From a virus (lineage: Duplodnaviria; Caudoviricetes), in IMG/VR virus record IMGVR_UViG_3300017978_000127, positions 1 to 33,664 of that record: a stretch of DNA of 33,664 nucleotides; one strand, 5' to 3'. The notes below the pieces were generated by a model. The model ran no database searches and was not told the DNA's origin. It worked only from the letters and a program-made list of their open reading frames with translations. How positions within the stretch are numbered: position 1 is the stretch's first letter; each line of letters begins with the position of its first letter. Positions 1-9,008 of this stretch are shown here, one piece after another. The position numbers and the translations under genes were made by a program.

Positions 1-2
1 AA

Positions 3-155
3 ATGACTTTTACACTTGACACTAACGAAGCAGCATTCATTGTTCGTGTATTGGGCCAGTTACCTACTGAATCGGGTGCATTCCCATTGCATCAGAAGCT
101 GGTAGCACAGTTCCAAGAACAACAGAAAGCTGAAGAGAACACCACAACGGAGTGA
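3..155 (+). CDS. hypothetical protein, 50 aa (MTFTLDTNEAAFIVRVLGQLP...); not in the ORF track
   Basis: Open frame from ATG 3 to TGA 153-155, co-oriented with the replication arm; upstream context is cut off by the window edge. Confidence 0.6.
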   Translation: MTFTLDTNEAAFIVRVLGQLPTESGAFPLHQKLVAQFQEQQKAEENTTTE

Positions 156-175
156 GGATTTTCGCTTCGCTACGA

Positions 176-259
176 GAGACTGTGGCGTAATCGGTAGCCG
201 CAGCAGACTTAAAATCTGCCGCCTAGTGCGTGAGGGTTCGAGTCCCTCCAGTCTCACCA
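176..259 (+). tRNA. trnL: tRNA-Leu, anticodon UAA, type II with long variable arm, CCA encoded
   Basis: Acceptor stem GAGACTG/CAGTCTC plus discriminator A and CCA; anticodon arm GCAGA-CTTAAAA-TCTGC; variable arm CGC-CTAGT-GCG; T arm GAGGG-TTCGAGT-CCCTC. Confidence 0.95.
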
Positions 260-302
260 AGAACTCGAAAGAGTATTTAACTTTAAAATGAAGGAAAATG
301 AA

Positions 303-731
303 ATGGACATGAAACCTGTAAAGATCGGTGGCGAACTCTTTTGGTCTAATTGGATGAAGGAATTTAACACGAAGTTCAACGAGGACAACAAGAAGTACGA
401 ATGCACAATCGGTAATCTTTCAGACCAAGCTGCCGAAGCTCTCAAAGAGTTGGGCATCCAAATCAAAGAAAAAGATACTATGGGCAAGTACATTGTAGGC
501 AAGAGCCTGTATGTGTTTGAACCAGTGGACAAAGACGGTAAGCCTATTGACATCTCTAAGATCGGTAACGGTACTAAGGTGACTGCTCTGGTGACCAGCT
601 ATCGTCACAAGATGTCTTCTAAGTACGGCGCTGCTCCTTCGATCAAGAAGTTGATTGTGACTGACTTGAAAGAGTACAGCCCTGCTGGTGAAGACTCTCC
701 ATTTGAAGACGCCTTGGATGACGTGCTCTGA
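303..731 (+). CDS. single-stranded DNA-binding protein, T7 gp2.5-like (alternative start 288)
   Basis: IGNGTKV motif, acidic C-terminal tail (EDSPFEDALDDVL), position before exonuclease and endonuclease; AAGGA RBS upstream of 303. Confidence 0.75.
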   Translation: MDMKPVKIGGELFWSNWMKEFNTKFNEDNKKYECTIGNLSDQAAEALKELGIQIKEKDTMGKYIVGKSLYVFEPVDKDGKPIDISKIGNGTKVTALVTSYRHKMSSKYGAAPSIKKLIVTDLKEYSPAGEDSPFEDALDDVL

Positions 732-1449
732 GGCCAGCGCACCAAAAGAACTACTCATTGACGCTGACTACCTAATTTATGGTGTTGGTTTTGCTAGTGA
801 GGAGGATTCTGAGAAGTATGCAAAAAGCAGGTTAGTAGAGACACTAGAAGATCTCGTCTACATACACCTGAAGGCAGACTCTTATGAAGCCTTCTTAACT
901 GGTAAAAACAATTACCGTTATGATGTTGCAAAGACAGTACCTTATAAAGGTAATCGTAAAGACGCTAAAAAGCCCAAACACTATGATGCTTTGCGTAAAT
1001 GTATGGTTACCCGCTTAGGTGCTGTCGTTGTTGATGGTCAAGAAGCTGACGATGAGGTGGCTATAAGGATGACAAAGGAGCCGGATAAGTATCTTCTTGT
1101 AGGTGTCGATAAAGATCTAAGACAGATACCGGGATGGCACCACAATCCTCAGAAGGCTAAGACGGAGTACATCAATGATTTTGAGGCGTATAAAAATTTC
1201 TGCTTACAACTCCTTACGGGTGATCGAGTTGACAACATACCGGGACTTGAAGGGATTGGCCCTGTCAAGGCGGCTAAGGCACTATCAAAGGCGACAACCA
1301 GTGAAGCTCTACTCAAAGCTGCGTTTGATAAGTATCAGGAACTCGGTTATACGAAGGATTATTTTGTCGAGCAAGGGCAGTTACTCTGGCTTAGGCGTTT
1401 TGAAGGAGAGCTATGGCAACCAGACGAAAGCTTACTGTTAAGCAAGTAG
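718..1449 (+). CDS. 5'-3' exonuclease, T7 gp6-like (alternative start 688)
   Basis: Motifs LIDAD, YKGNR, EADD, DKDL and the GDRVDNIPGLEGIGPVKA helix-turn-helix. Confidence 0.92.
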   Translation: MTCSEASAPKELLIDADYLIYGVGFASEEDSEKYAKSRLVETLEDLVYIHLKADSYEAFLTGKNNYRYDVAKTVPYKGNRKDAKKPKHYDALRKCMVTRLGAVVVDGQEADDEVAIRMTKEPDKYLLVGVDKDLRQIPGWHHNPQKAKTEYINDFEAYKNFCLQLLTGDRVDNIPGLEGIGPVKAAKALSKATTSEALLKAAFDKYQELGYTKDYFVEQGQLLWLRRFEGELWQPDESLLLSK

Positions 1450-1820
1450 GAAAGAAGTATGGCTTCCGCAGTGGCTTGGAAGAGCGCATTGCGGAGCAGT
1501 TGGACAAGGCAGGTGTTGATTACACATATGAGCAAGTGAAGCTGAACTACATAAAGCCAGCATCTAAGCACGTATACACACCTGACTTTGTGCTCGCTAA
1601 CGGGATCATCGTGGAGACTAAAGGTAGGTTCTTACTTGCTGATCGTCAGAAGCATATCCTCGTTAAGCGGCACAACCCAACATTGGATATAAGATTTGTC
1701 TTCAGTAACTCGAAGGCACGGATCAGTAAAGCAAGCCGAACAACGTATGCAGATTGGTGCAACAAGAATGGCTTTAAGTTTGCTGATAAAGAAATACCAC
1801 AGGAGTGGATGAATGAATAG
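1413..1820 (+). CDS. endonuclease I / Holliday junction resolvase, T7 gp3-like
   Basis: FRSGLE, YTPDF, IIVETKGRF, DIRFVF and TYADWC motifs. Confidence 0.93.
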   Translation: MATRRKLTVKQVGKKYGFRSGLEERIAEQLDKAGVDYTYEQVKLNYIKPASKHVYTPDFVLANGIIVETKGRFLLADRQKHILVKRHNPTLDIRFVFSNSKARISKASRTTYADWCNKNGFKFADKEIPQEWMNE

Positions 1821-2052
1821 TATTTTTAAATTGTTAGACCAACCTTCTGTTAAAGAGGCTTGGAGTGATGTGATGGAGGCTCTGGTAGTTGAGCGCCTGA
1901 AGGAAGATTATCTGATGTGTCTTGACTTCAAAGATGTAGAGACAGCCACCGCTATCTTGACAGTCCTTCGTTACTTCATGGTGTATAGCGACTTTGCAGA
2001 GTTCTTGAACGAGGTGAAAGATGCAGGTTACACTGTTACACGAGAATACTGA
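1813..2052 (+). CDS. hypothetical protein, 79 aa
   Basis: AGGAG RBS; overlaps both neighbours in the operon. Confidence 0.75.
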   Translation: MNSIFKLLDQPSVKEAWSDVMEALVVERLKEDYLMCLDFKDVETATAILTVLRYFMVYSDFAEFLNEVKDAGYTVTREY

Positions 2053-2194
2053 TGGAGGAGCTTGTTTCAGTTTCGACCTGACCAAGGATGAGCATGAAGC
2101 TCTTCTGAGTTATGGCATACTTACGGCACTGAAGGCAGCTATTCGTGAAGGAGAGAAGTTGACTTGCGAGGGAGAAAATATTAATGAAGGTTAA
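2021..2194 (+). CDS. hypothetical protein, 57 aa (MQVTLLHENTDGGACFSFDL...); not in the ORF track
   Basis: GAGGTG RBS before ATG 2021; fills the gap to thyX. Confidence 0.7.
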   Translation: MQVTLLHENTDGGACFSFDLTKDEHEALLSYGILTALKAAIREGEKLTCEGENINEG

Positions 2195-2813
2195 TCTGGT
2201 ATGGGCAACGCCTAACATTGAAGAGGCAGTTGCTTATTGTGCTCGTGTGAGTAACCCTGAGAATCAGAACAATCATGCTACTTCGGGCAAGCTGCTGAAG
2301 TACCTGATGAAGCACAAGCACTGGTCACCTTTTGAGATGGCTAACGTATGTATGGAGATTGAGACTACACGAGATATTGCTCGGCAGATTCTTCGCCACC
2401 GTAGCTTTAGCTTTCAAGAGTTCTCTCAGCGTTATGCACAAGCTTTTGAGTGGAAAGTAGCTGAAGCTCGTTTACAGGACAACAAGAATCGTCAGAACAG
2501 TTTAGAGACTGATGACTTGTACCTGAATAACTGGTGGAACGCTGCTCAGGTTCGTGTACAATGTGAGGCTGAGTTAATGTACCGAACAGCACTTGAGAAG
2601 GGTATTGCTAAGGAGCAAGCTCGTAAGTTGTTGCCTGAAGGGTTGACTATGAGTAGGATGTACATGAACGGTACACTGCGTAGTTGGTTGCACTACATTG
2701 AAGTTAGGACTGATCCTAGCACTCAGAAGGAGCATAGAGATGTTGCAGAAGCTTGTAAGAAGGAACTTACTGAACTGTGTCCAAACGTAATGGAGATGAT
2801 GAATGCTGATTGA
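2184..2813 (+). CDS. thyX: FAD-dependent thymidylate synthase
   Basis: HWSPFE and the ThyX signature RHRSFSFQEFSQRY; KEQARKLLP; GTLRSW. Confidence 0.96.
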   Translation: MKVNLVWATPNIEEAVAYCARVSNPENQNNHATSGKLLKYLMKHKHWSPFEMANVCMEIETTRDIARQILRHRSFSFQEFSQRYAQAFEWKVAEARLQDNKNRQNSLETDDLYLNNWWNAAQVRVQCEAELMYRTALEKGIAKEQARKLLPEGLTMSRMYMNGTLRSWLHYIEVRTDPSTQKEHRDVAEACKKELTELCPNVMEMMNAD

Positions 2814-3111
2814 AGATTATCAACGGAAGGCATGGGAAACTGCCTTGGAAACTGCAAAGAACCCTGCTTACATGGTAGCGAATCTGACCTCGGAAGCTGG
2901 TGAAGTTGCAGGTAAGTATGCAAAATGGATTCGTGATGGTGCTCTGGATGAAGAAGGTCTTCAGAAGGAGATGGGAGATGTGTTCTGGCAGCTTGCTGGT
3001 TTGTCTACAGTGATGGGCTGGAGCTTGGCAGACATTGCATCTAAAAACCTTCAGAAGCTTGCTTCGAGGGCTGAACGTTTAACTATTGGAGGATCTGGCG
3101 ATGAGCGATGA
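2803..3111 (+). CDS. mazG: MazG-like nucleoside triphosphate pyrophosphohydrolase
   Basis: SEAGEV...KEMGDVFW acidic metal motif; N..KL..R..R..IGGSGD.R C-terminus. Confidence 0.88.
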   Translation: MLIEDYQRKAWETALETAKNPAYMVANLTSEAGEVAGKYAKWIRDGALDEEGLQKEMGDVFWQLAGLSTVMGWSLADIASKNLQKLASRAERLTIGGSGDER

Positions 3112-3397
3112 AATTGAACAGACATATTCTTTTAGCTATACCGACTTTGAAGGTAAAGTCCACGAGAAAACAATTAAAACTCCCGGTGTGACATGGATGG
3201 AATGCATGAACGACTATGTGCGCTTCCTTGAGTCAGTCTTTCAATACAACATCATGGATAAGGTACGGATTAAAGAACCACAGTGGCTTTCAATGATGTA
3301 TGAGACGTATACTGACTACGTTGACCCTTGGACTGGTGAATATTTTGTAGACGAGGAAGACGATGAGAATACTAGTAATCCCGGACTGTCAGATTAA
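3101..3397 (+). CDS. hypothetical acidic protein
   Basis: GGAGG RBS before ATG 3101; overlaps both neighbours. Confidence 0.75.
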   Translation: MSDEIEQTYSFSYTDFEGKVHEKTIKTPGVTWMECMNDYVRFLESVFQYNIMDKVRIKEPQWLSMMYETYTDYVDPWTGEYFVDEEDDENTSNPGLSD

Positions 3398-4133
3398 AGA
3401 CGGTGTACCGACTGAACACCTTGCGTGGGCAGGAGAAGCTATCTGTGAGTATCGTCCTGATGTTGTCGTTAATCTGGGTGATTTCGCTGATATGCCTAGC
3501 CTGTCTAGTCACGACATCAAAGGCTCTAAGTACTTTGAAGGATTGCGTTACAAGACTGACATTCAGGTAACTAAGGATGCCATGAAGATGCTGTTGAAGC
3601 CTCTTCGTGATCTCCAGAGTCGCCAGAAGAAGAACAAGGAAAAGGTTTATAAGCCTCGTATGGTATTGACTCTGGGTAACCATGAGAATCGTATCGACAG
3701 GGCTGTGAACAATAATCCTACCTTGGAAGGTTTGATCTCTACAAAGGATTTGGAGTATGAAAAAGATTGGGAAGTTTATCCTTTTCTTCGCCCCGTCTTT
3801 ATCGGTGGTGTTGGCTTTAATCACTTTTGGCCTGTGGGCGCAATGGGGAGACCTGCTGGTACTGCTAGTGCTATTATCAATAAGCTTCATATGTCTTGCG
3901 TTGCTGGACACCAACAAGGAAAGCAAGTCGCTTATGGGAAACGTGCTGACGGTAAACCTATTTGCGCTATCATTGCTGGCAGCTATTATCTGCATGACGA
4001 ATCTTATATGGATCAGTTGTCTAATCGTCACTGGCGAGGCTTGCTGGTAATGAACGAAGTCAACGATGGTCACTTTGATGAATTGTTTCTGAGCATTGAA
4101 TATCTACAGAGGAAATATGGTACAAGAACATAA
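3363..4133 (+). CDS. calcineurin-like metallophosphoesterase
   Basis: Motifs IPDCQ (DxH variant), LGDFAD, LGNHE, FNH and GHQQ. Confidence 0.88.
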   Translation: MRILVIPDCQIKDGVPTEHLAWAGEAICEYRPDVVVNLGDFADMPSLSSHDIKGSKYFEGLRYKTDIQVTKDAMKMLLKPLRDLQSRQKKNKEKVYKPRMVLTLGNHENRIDRAVNNNPTLEGLISTKDLEYEKDWEVYPFLRPVFIGGVGFNHFWPVGAMGRPAGTASAIINKLHMSCVAGHQQGKQVAYGKRADGKPICAIIAGSYYLHDESYMDQLSNRHWRGLLVMNEVNDGHFDELFLSIEYLQRKYGTRT

Positions 4134-4524
4134 ATGTAACAGTTGCTTCTACATGGAAAGCCCTAAAGAAGCTTGGCCTTGCAATACCTGTGAAGGGTAT
4201 AGTAAGTATGTTAACCGTAACATCTACATCAATCAGCCGGACACCATTGCCATTCGCAAATGGGACGCTGAGGATGCGTTTAACGAACAAAAGACATGGA
4301 AGAAACCTGCTGTGGAAGACAATATTAACTCACCTCAACACTACACCAAAGGTAAGTACGAGGTCATTGACGTGATCGAGGATTGGAATCTTAACTTCCG
4401 TCTTGCTAACGCTGTTAAGTACATTGCACGTCATGAGCACAAAGGAAAGCCTGAAGAGGACTTGAAGAAGGCTCTGTGGTACTTACAGAGGGAAATTGAT
4501 TCGTATGGAAAACTTGACGCTTGA
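4117..4524 (+). CDS. DUF3310-family protein (T7 gp1.7-like) with N-terminal CxxC...CxxC
   Basis: INSPQHY...ANAVKYIAR...KGKPEEDLKKALWYL. Confidence 0.85.
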   Translation: MVQEHKCNSCFYMESPKEAWPCNTCEGYSKYVNRNIYINQPDTIAIRKWDAEDAFNEQKTWKKPAVEDNINSPQHYTKGKYEVIDVIEDWNLNFRLANAVKYIARHEHKGKPEEDLKKALWYLQREIDSYGKLDA

Positions 4525-4669
4525 GGAATTGAAAGAGCGTCTATCGAACTTCGATGAGGTAACATTGCTGGAGATACTTGATATTCACAGTGATGAACTC
4601 ATCGAAGCTTTCGAGGATAGAATTGAAGATAACATAGATAAACTAAAGAGGATGCTGAATGACTTTTAA
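4505..4669 (+). CDS. hypothetical acidic protein, 54 aa (MENLTLEELKERLSNFDEVTLLEILDI...); not in the ORF track
   Basis: Open frame bridging DUF3310 and nrdJ, overlapping both. Confidence 0.7.
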   Translation: MENLTLEELKERLSNFDEVTLLEILDIHSDELIEAFEDRIEDNIDKLKRMLNDF

Positions 4670-6563
4670 AATGACACCGTACAATGAATACATCGCCAAG
4701 AGCCGGTACGCTCGGTACTTGGACGATCAAGGTCGCCGTGAGCACTGGCACGAGACTGTTAAGCGATACTTTGACTTTATGCAGAAGCACCTGAAGGACA
4801 AACATAGCTATGTCTTTGAGGACTCCTTGCGTAAGAAGCTTGAGACAGCGGTAGTCAATCTGGATGTAGTACCGTCTATGCGATCTATTATGACAGCAGG
4901 CGATGCTCTTGATCGACAGAACATTGCAGGCTACAACTGCTCATACTTGCCTATTGATGACCCTAAAGCATTCGATGAGGCTATGTATATCCTCTTGTGT
5001 GGTACAGGTGTGGGCTTTAGTGTGGAGCAGAAGTATGTTAATCGGTTGCCAGAGATTCCAGAGAAGCTGTATGATAGCAACACTGTGGTGGTCGTTAAAG
5101 ATTCCAAAGAGGGATGGGCAAAGGCACTGCGTCAGGTTATCTCCTTGCTATACGCTGGAGAAGCGCCTAAGTGGGATGTTTCTTCGGTACGCCCTGCTGG
5201 TACACGACTCAAAACCTTCGGTGGACGTGCCTCCGGGCCAGAGCCTTTGGTGGAACTCTTCAAATACACTGTGGCTAAGTTCAAAGGCGCAGCGGGACGT
5301 AAACTCACTTCACTGGAAGCGCATGACATCTTGTGCAAAATCGGTGAAGTTGTTGTGGTGGGTGGAGTGCGTAGAAGTGCAATGATTAGTCTGTCTGACC
5401 TTGGTGATGATCGCATGGCTCACGCTAAGGCAGGTAACTGGTGGGATGGTAATGGTCAACGTGCTCTGGCTAACAATAGTGCAGTGTACGATGTCAAGCC
5501 TGATGTTGGTCAATTCATGCGTGAGTGGAGTAGCATTTATGAGAGTCATTCGGGAGAGCGCGGAATCTTTAATCGCTATGCTTCAGAACTTCAAGCAGGC
5601 AAGAATGGACGCCGCAAGATCGGTCAAGAATGGGGTACTAATCCTTGCTCTGAGATTATCCTCCGTCCTTATCAATTTTGTAATCTATCCTCTGTTATTG
5701 TTCGTAGCGATGATACTGTGGAGCGACTACGTGATAAGATTGCTATGGCAACGATTCTGGGGACTTTTCAATCGACAATGACTCACTTCCCGTACCTGCG
5801 TAAGGTGTGGCAGACAAACACTGAAGAAGAGCGTTTGTTGGGTGTGTCTATGACTGGTATCTTGGATAACAAGTTGTTGAATAACCCTGATGATGCTGCT
5901 TTGCCTGCTCTGTTGGAGGACTTGAAGAATGTTGCTATTGGTGTTAACGCTGAGTACGCTGATGCTATTGGTATCAACCGTAGTGCAGCTATTACCGCTA
6001 TTAAGCCGGAAGGCACTGTCAGCCAGCTTTCAAGCACTGCTAGTGGCATTCACCCTCAGCATTCCCAGTATTTCATTCGTCGGGTACGTAGTGACAACAA
6101 AGATCCTTTGACGGACTTCCTCAAAGCTCAAGGTTTCCCATCGGAGCCTTGCTTTATGAAGCCTGAGAGCACAACAGTGTTTAGCTTCCCTATGAAAGTT
6201 GCTGAAGGTGCTGTGTTGCGTGAGGACTTGGATGCTATTACGCACTTGCGTCTGTGGTTGACATATCAGCGACATTACTGTGAGCATAAGCCATCGGTAA
6301 CTATCTCTGTTCTTGAGCACGAATGGCCTAAGGTTGGTGCATGGTGTTGGGAGAACTTTGATGAGATCACAGGTGTGAGCTTCCTACCTATGGACGGCGG
6401 TACATATCGACAGGCTCCTTATGAGTCCTTTGACGAGAAAGGTTACAATGAAATGTTGGCTATCATGCCTAAGGGTATTGATTGGGACAAATTCATTGAG
6501 AACACTGACAACGTAGAAGGTGCTCAGACGTTGGCTTGTGCCGCAGGCGGGTGTGAGATCTGA
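4659..6563 (+). CDS. nrdJ: class II (adenosylcobalamin-dependent) ribonucleotide reductase
   Basis: GYNCSY, GTGVGF, GGVRRSA, NPCSE, FCNL and IKPEGT motifs; C-terminal CAAGGC redox pair; no NrdB partner in the window. Confidence 0.93.
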   Translation: MTFKMTPYNEYIAKSRYARYLDDQGRREHWHETVKRYFDFMQKHLKDKHSYVFEDSLRKKLETAVVNLDVVPSMRSIMTAGDALDRQNIAGYNCSYLPIDDPKAFDEAMYILLCGTGVGFSVEQKYVNRLPEIPEKLYDSNTVVVVKDSKEGWAKALRQVISLLYAGEAPKWDVSSVRPAGTRLKTFGGRASGPEPLVELFKYTVAKFKGAAGRKLTSLEAHDILCKIGEVVVVGGVRRSAMISLSDLGDDRMAHAKAGNWWDGNGQRALANNSAVYDVKPDVGQFMREWSSIYESHSGERGIFNRYASELQAGKNGRRKIGQEWGTNPCSEIILRPYQFCNLSSVIVRSDDTVERLRDKIAMATILGTFQSTMTHFPYLRKVWQTNTEEERLLGVSMTGILDNKLLNNPDDAALPALLEDLKNVAIGVNAEYADAIGINRSAAITAIKPEGTVSQLSSTASGIHPQHSQYFIRRVRSDNKDPLTDFLKAQGFPSEPCFMKPESTTVFSFPMKVAEGAVLREDLDAITHLRLWLTYQRHYCEHKPSVTISVLEHEWPKVGAWCWENFDEITGVSFLPMDGGTYRQAPYESFDEKGYNEMLAIMPKGIDWDKFIENTDNVEGAQTLACAAGGCEI

Positions 6564-6565
6564 TT

Positions 6566-6745
6566 ATGAAAAGAGTCTACACTAAGGATAACTGTCCAGC
6601 GTGTGTGACTCTGAAGGCCTCCCTAGTTAAGTCTGGGGAGGCTTTTCAAGAAGTCAAGATCGGTAGGGACATCACACGAGAAGAGTTTATGAGTAAATTT
6701 CCAACTGTACGGACTGTGCCGTATGTCGAGGACGATGATAAATAA
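6566..6745 (+). CDS. glutaredoxin/NrdH-like redoxin, 59 aa; not in the ORF track
   Basis: MKRVYTKDNCPACVTLK...FPTVRTVPYV with CPAC active site and TVP motif, directly after nrdJ. Confidence 0.85.
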   Translation: MKRVYTKDNCPACVTLKASLVKSGEAFQEVKIGRDITREEFMSKFPTVRTVPYVEDDDK

Positions 6746-6827
6746 CAAAAAGGTTATGATTGCTATGCGGGTAGTCGAGATGATTACTTGCATTCACATT
6801 ATGGCAGGCATTTGGCGACACTGGTGA
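6735..6827 (+). CDS. small protein, 30 aa (MINNKKVMIAMRVVEMITCIHIMAGIWRHW)
   Basis: GAGGA upstream, overlaps the glutaredoxin stop, fills the gap to phoH. Confidence 0.5.
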   Translation: MINNKKVMIAMRVVEMITCIHIMAGIWRHW

Positions 6828-6839
6828 ATCAAGGAGGAT

Positions 6840-7577
6840 TTGTTGACTACAGTACCTAACAAAAAAGAGACTGCAAAAGAGAAGCAGTCAAACAGCTTGA
6901 AGTTGAAGCTTGATGACATGACAGTCATTAGGCCTAAGACAGACAAACAGAAAGAGTTCTTTGAGGCTTATCAGCGTGGTGATTACTTCATGGCTTTGCA
7001 CGGAGTAGCTGGCACAGGTAAGACATACATTGCATTGTACAAGGCCTTAGAAGAGGTCATGGATCGTAACAATCCCTTTAACAAGGTGACTATTATCCGT
7101 AGCAGTGTTCAAAGTCGTGATATGGGTTTCCTACCGGGAGATGTTGATGAAAAGATGGATGTCTATGTCCAGCCTTACCGACAGATTTGCTCAGACTTGT
7201 TTAAGCGAAAGGATGCTTGGGATCGGCTGGTGGAACAGGGACACATTGAGTTTGTGTCTACAAGTTTCATTCGTGGTACTACCTTCATGCACAGTGTCTT
7301 GATCGTAGACGAAATGCAGAACATGAACTTCGAGGAACTGGACACAATCATTACTCGTGTGGGTGATAAGTCAAAGATTATCTTCTGTGGTGATTATCGA
7401 CAGACTGACCTACGTAAGAAAGATGATAAGTCAGGTATCTTAAAGTTCCTTGATATTGCCAACAAGATGAAAGAGTTCTCTCGGTTTGAGTTCGGCATTG
7501 ACGATATTGTCCGCAGCTCACTGGTCAAGAACTACATCATTGCTAAGACTTTCTATGAGGATGGTAACAATGGGTAA
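6840..7577 (+). CDS. phoH: PhoH-like ATPase
   Basis: GVAGTGKT Walker A, GFLPGD, RGTTF, IVDEMQN and CGDYRQTD; TTG start with AGGAGG RBS. Confidence 0.93.
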   Translation: MLTTVPNKKETAKEKQSNSLKLKLDDMTVIRPKTDKQKEFFEAYQRGDYFMALHGVAGTGKTYIALYKALEEVMDRNNPFNKVTIIRSSVQSRDMGFLPGDVDEKMDVYVQPYRQICSDLFKRKDAWDRLVEQGHIEFVSTSFIRGTTFMHSVLIVDEMQNMNFEELDTIITRVGDKSKIIFCGDYRQTDLRKKDDKSGILKFLDIANKMKEFSRFEFGIDDIVRSSLVKNYIIAKTFYEDGNNG

Positions 7578-8196
7578 AGCAGCAGAAGAAGATATTGTAA
7601 TGATGATGGGACAACAGCAGCAACAGAACGGCTTGATCCGTACAATCCAACAGAACTTCAATGCTCATATCATCTTCATTGATGATGACATTGGAGATCC
7701 ACCGATGTATAGGGATGTCATTCATTGTCTAGCTACTTGTAGTGAGAATGATACGGTTAACTTTTTAATCAACTCAAATGGAGGTCGTACAGACTCTATC
7801 TGGCAGATTATTGAGGCCATGAAAGGATGTAAAGGCGATGTGGCTGCTACGGTTATTGGGTCAGCTTACAGTGCTGCTTCTATGTTGGCTTGCATGGCTA
7901 CTGAGTGTTACATTGCTGACAGTGCAGAATTTATGTTGCACACTGCTCATTACGGTAGCATCGGCACTGTTCCGAATGTCAAAGGACAAACAGACTTCGC
8001 AACAAAGCAAGTCAACAAACTCCTAGACATTTGCTATGCAGGCTTCTTGACTCCCAAGGAATTGGAAGAGTTGAAGAATGGTAGAGAGTGGTGGTTCAAT
8101 GCTGATGAAGCCCGTGAGAGGATGCTAAAACGGCAGTTGTATCTCTTGAAGGAATCTACTCGTAGACCTCCTCGATCTAAAGTAAAGAAAGCATAA
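7570..8196 (+). CDS. ClpP-like (S14 family) serine protease
   Basis: LINSNGG (compare YINSPGG), AYSAAS catalytic Ser, FMLH catalytic His, EWWFNADEA. Confidence 0.8.
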   Translation: MGKAAEEDIVMMMGQQQQQNGLIRTIQQNFNAHIIFIDDDIGDPPMYRDVIHCLATCSENDTVNFLINSNGGRTDSIWQIIEAMKGCKGDVAATVIGSAYSAASMLACMATECYIADSAEFMLHTAHYGSIGTVPNVKGQTDFATKQVNKLLDICYAGFLTPKELEELKNGREWWFNADEARERMLKRQLYLLKESTRRPPRSKVKKA

Positions 8197-8240
8197 AAAA
8201 AGCCCCGACAGAGGAGACTCTGAAGGGGCTTACTTATTTG
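8195..8240. terminator. bidirectional rho-independent terminator between the two genome arms
   Basis: Hairpin AAGCCCC-ga-CAGAG-gaga-CTCTG-aa-GGGGCTT, with an A7 tract on the left and a T-rich tract on the right, between convergent stops at 8196 and 8246. Confidence 0.85.
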
Positions 8241-8245
8241 TATAA

Positions 8246-8479
8246 TTACTTAGGCGCGTTATAATTATGAAACATAGCTAAGAAGGCAGCGATAGTACCG
8301 CCTATCCACAGCATTGGCTTGGCTACTTTGGCTAACCACTCAAGCACCATAAAAGCACCGGAGGCAGCTTTGAAGGCAGCTACAACATCTTCTGTGTCTT
8401 TAGCTACCTTATCTACCTTAGCTTCTACTTTGCACAATCTTTCATAGATCTCTGCGTGTGATATATCCTCAGTTGCCAT
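8246..8479 (-). CDS. small membrane protein with coiled coil and C-terminal TM segment; holin-like or lysis accessory
   Basis: Follows the endolysin; hydrophobic MLWIGGTIAAFLAMF; start assigned at ATG 8479 (MATEDISH). Confidence 0.6.
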   Translation of the reverse strand: MATEDISHAEIYERLCKVEAKVDKVAKDTEDVVAAFKAASGAFMVLEWLAKVAKPMLWIGGTIAAFLAMFHNYNAPK

Positions 8480-9008
8480 CTTCATCATCCTTATCATTCT
8501 TAAATGAACTCAGGAATAGTTCCTTCTCGGCTACCCTGCGTTTAACAAGTCCGGGGAGAACTACACCGCCTCCTTTGACCCAAACCATGAAAGCTTCAGC
8601 AGCACCTTCCCAGTCCTTACGCAGGATCTTTTGTCGGATAGTGCTACGTTGGAAGTTACCTAGTCCAGCATTAAAGGCAAATGAGACACAAGCGTCAAAT
8701 GCACCTTGATGACCAGCAAGATTGGGAGCAAGTCTAAGAACACCAGACTCAAAGCTTCGGACACTCTTTGCGAATAATTCTTCAATTTCATCCTTACTCC
8801 ATACTCGATTATGCTCAGGCTTTAAAGGATACTCTTTACGGATCATCCCAGTATAACCTTCCTTACGAATGACAGGAAGTCTGATCTGATCCTGATAGAG
8901 CACTTCACCGTATCCGATAGTCCAGATATGAGCAGGACACAGATACGGCTTAGTTCTAAATCCTTCAAAGCGGTGCATAAGATCAGCACCAACTTTGCTT
9001 AGTTTCAT
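8469..9008 (-). CDS. endolysin, GH24 lysozyme
   Basis: FEGFRTKPYLCPAHIWTIGYG, FDACVSFAFNAG and GLVKRR..E..LF. Confidence 0.93.
   Translation of the reverse strand: MKLSKVGADLMHRFEGFRTKPYLCPAHIWTIGYGEVLYQDQIRLPVIRKEGYTGMIRKEYPLKPEHNRVWSKDEIEELFAKSVRSFESGVLRLAPNLAGHQGAFDACVSFAFNAGLGNFQRSTIRQKILRKDWEGAAEAFMVWVKGGGVVLPGLVKRRVAEKELFLSSFKNDKDDEDGN

Noticed and set aside
176-259. tRNA as a prophage attachment site
   Set aside because: No integrase, no duplicated tRNA 3' end, and phage genes lie on both sides
60-260. 66-aa minus-strand ORF
   Set aside because: It is the reverse complement of the tRNA-Leu gene (VRLEGLEPSR pattern)
3372-4073. 233-aa ORF antisense to the metallophosphoesterase
   Set aside because: Entirely opposite a well-supported gene and has no motifs
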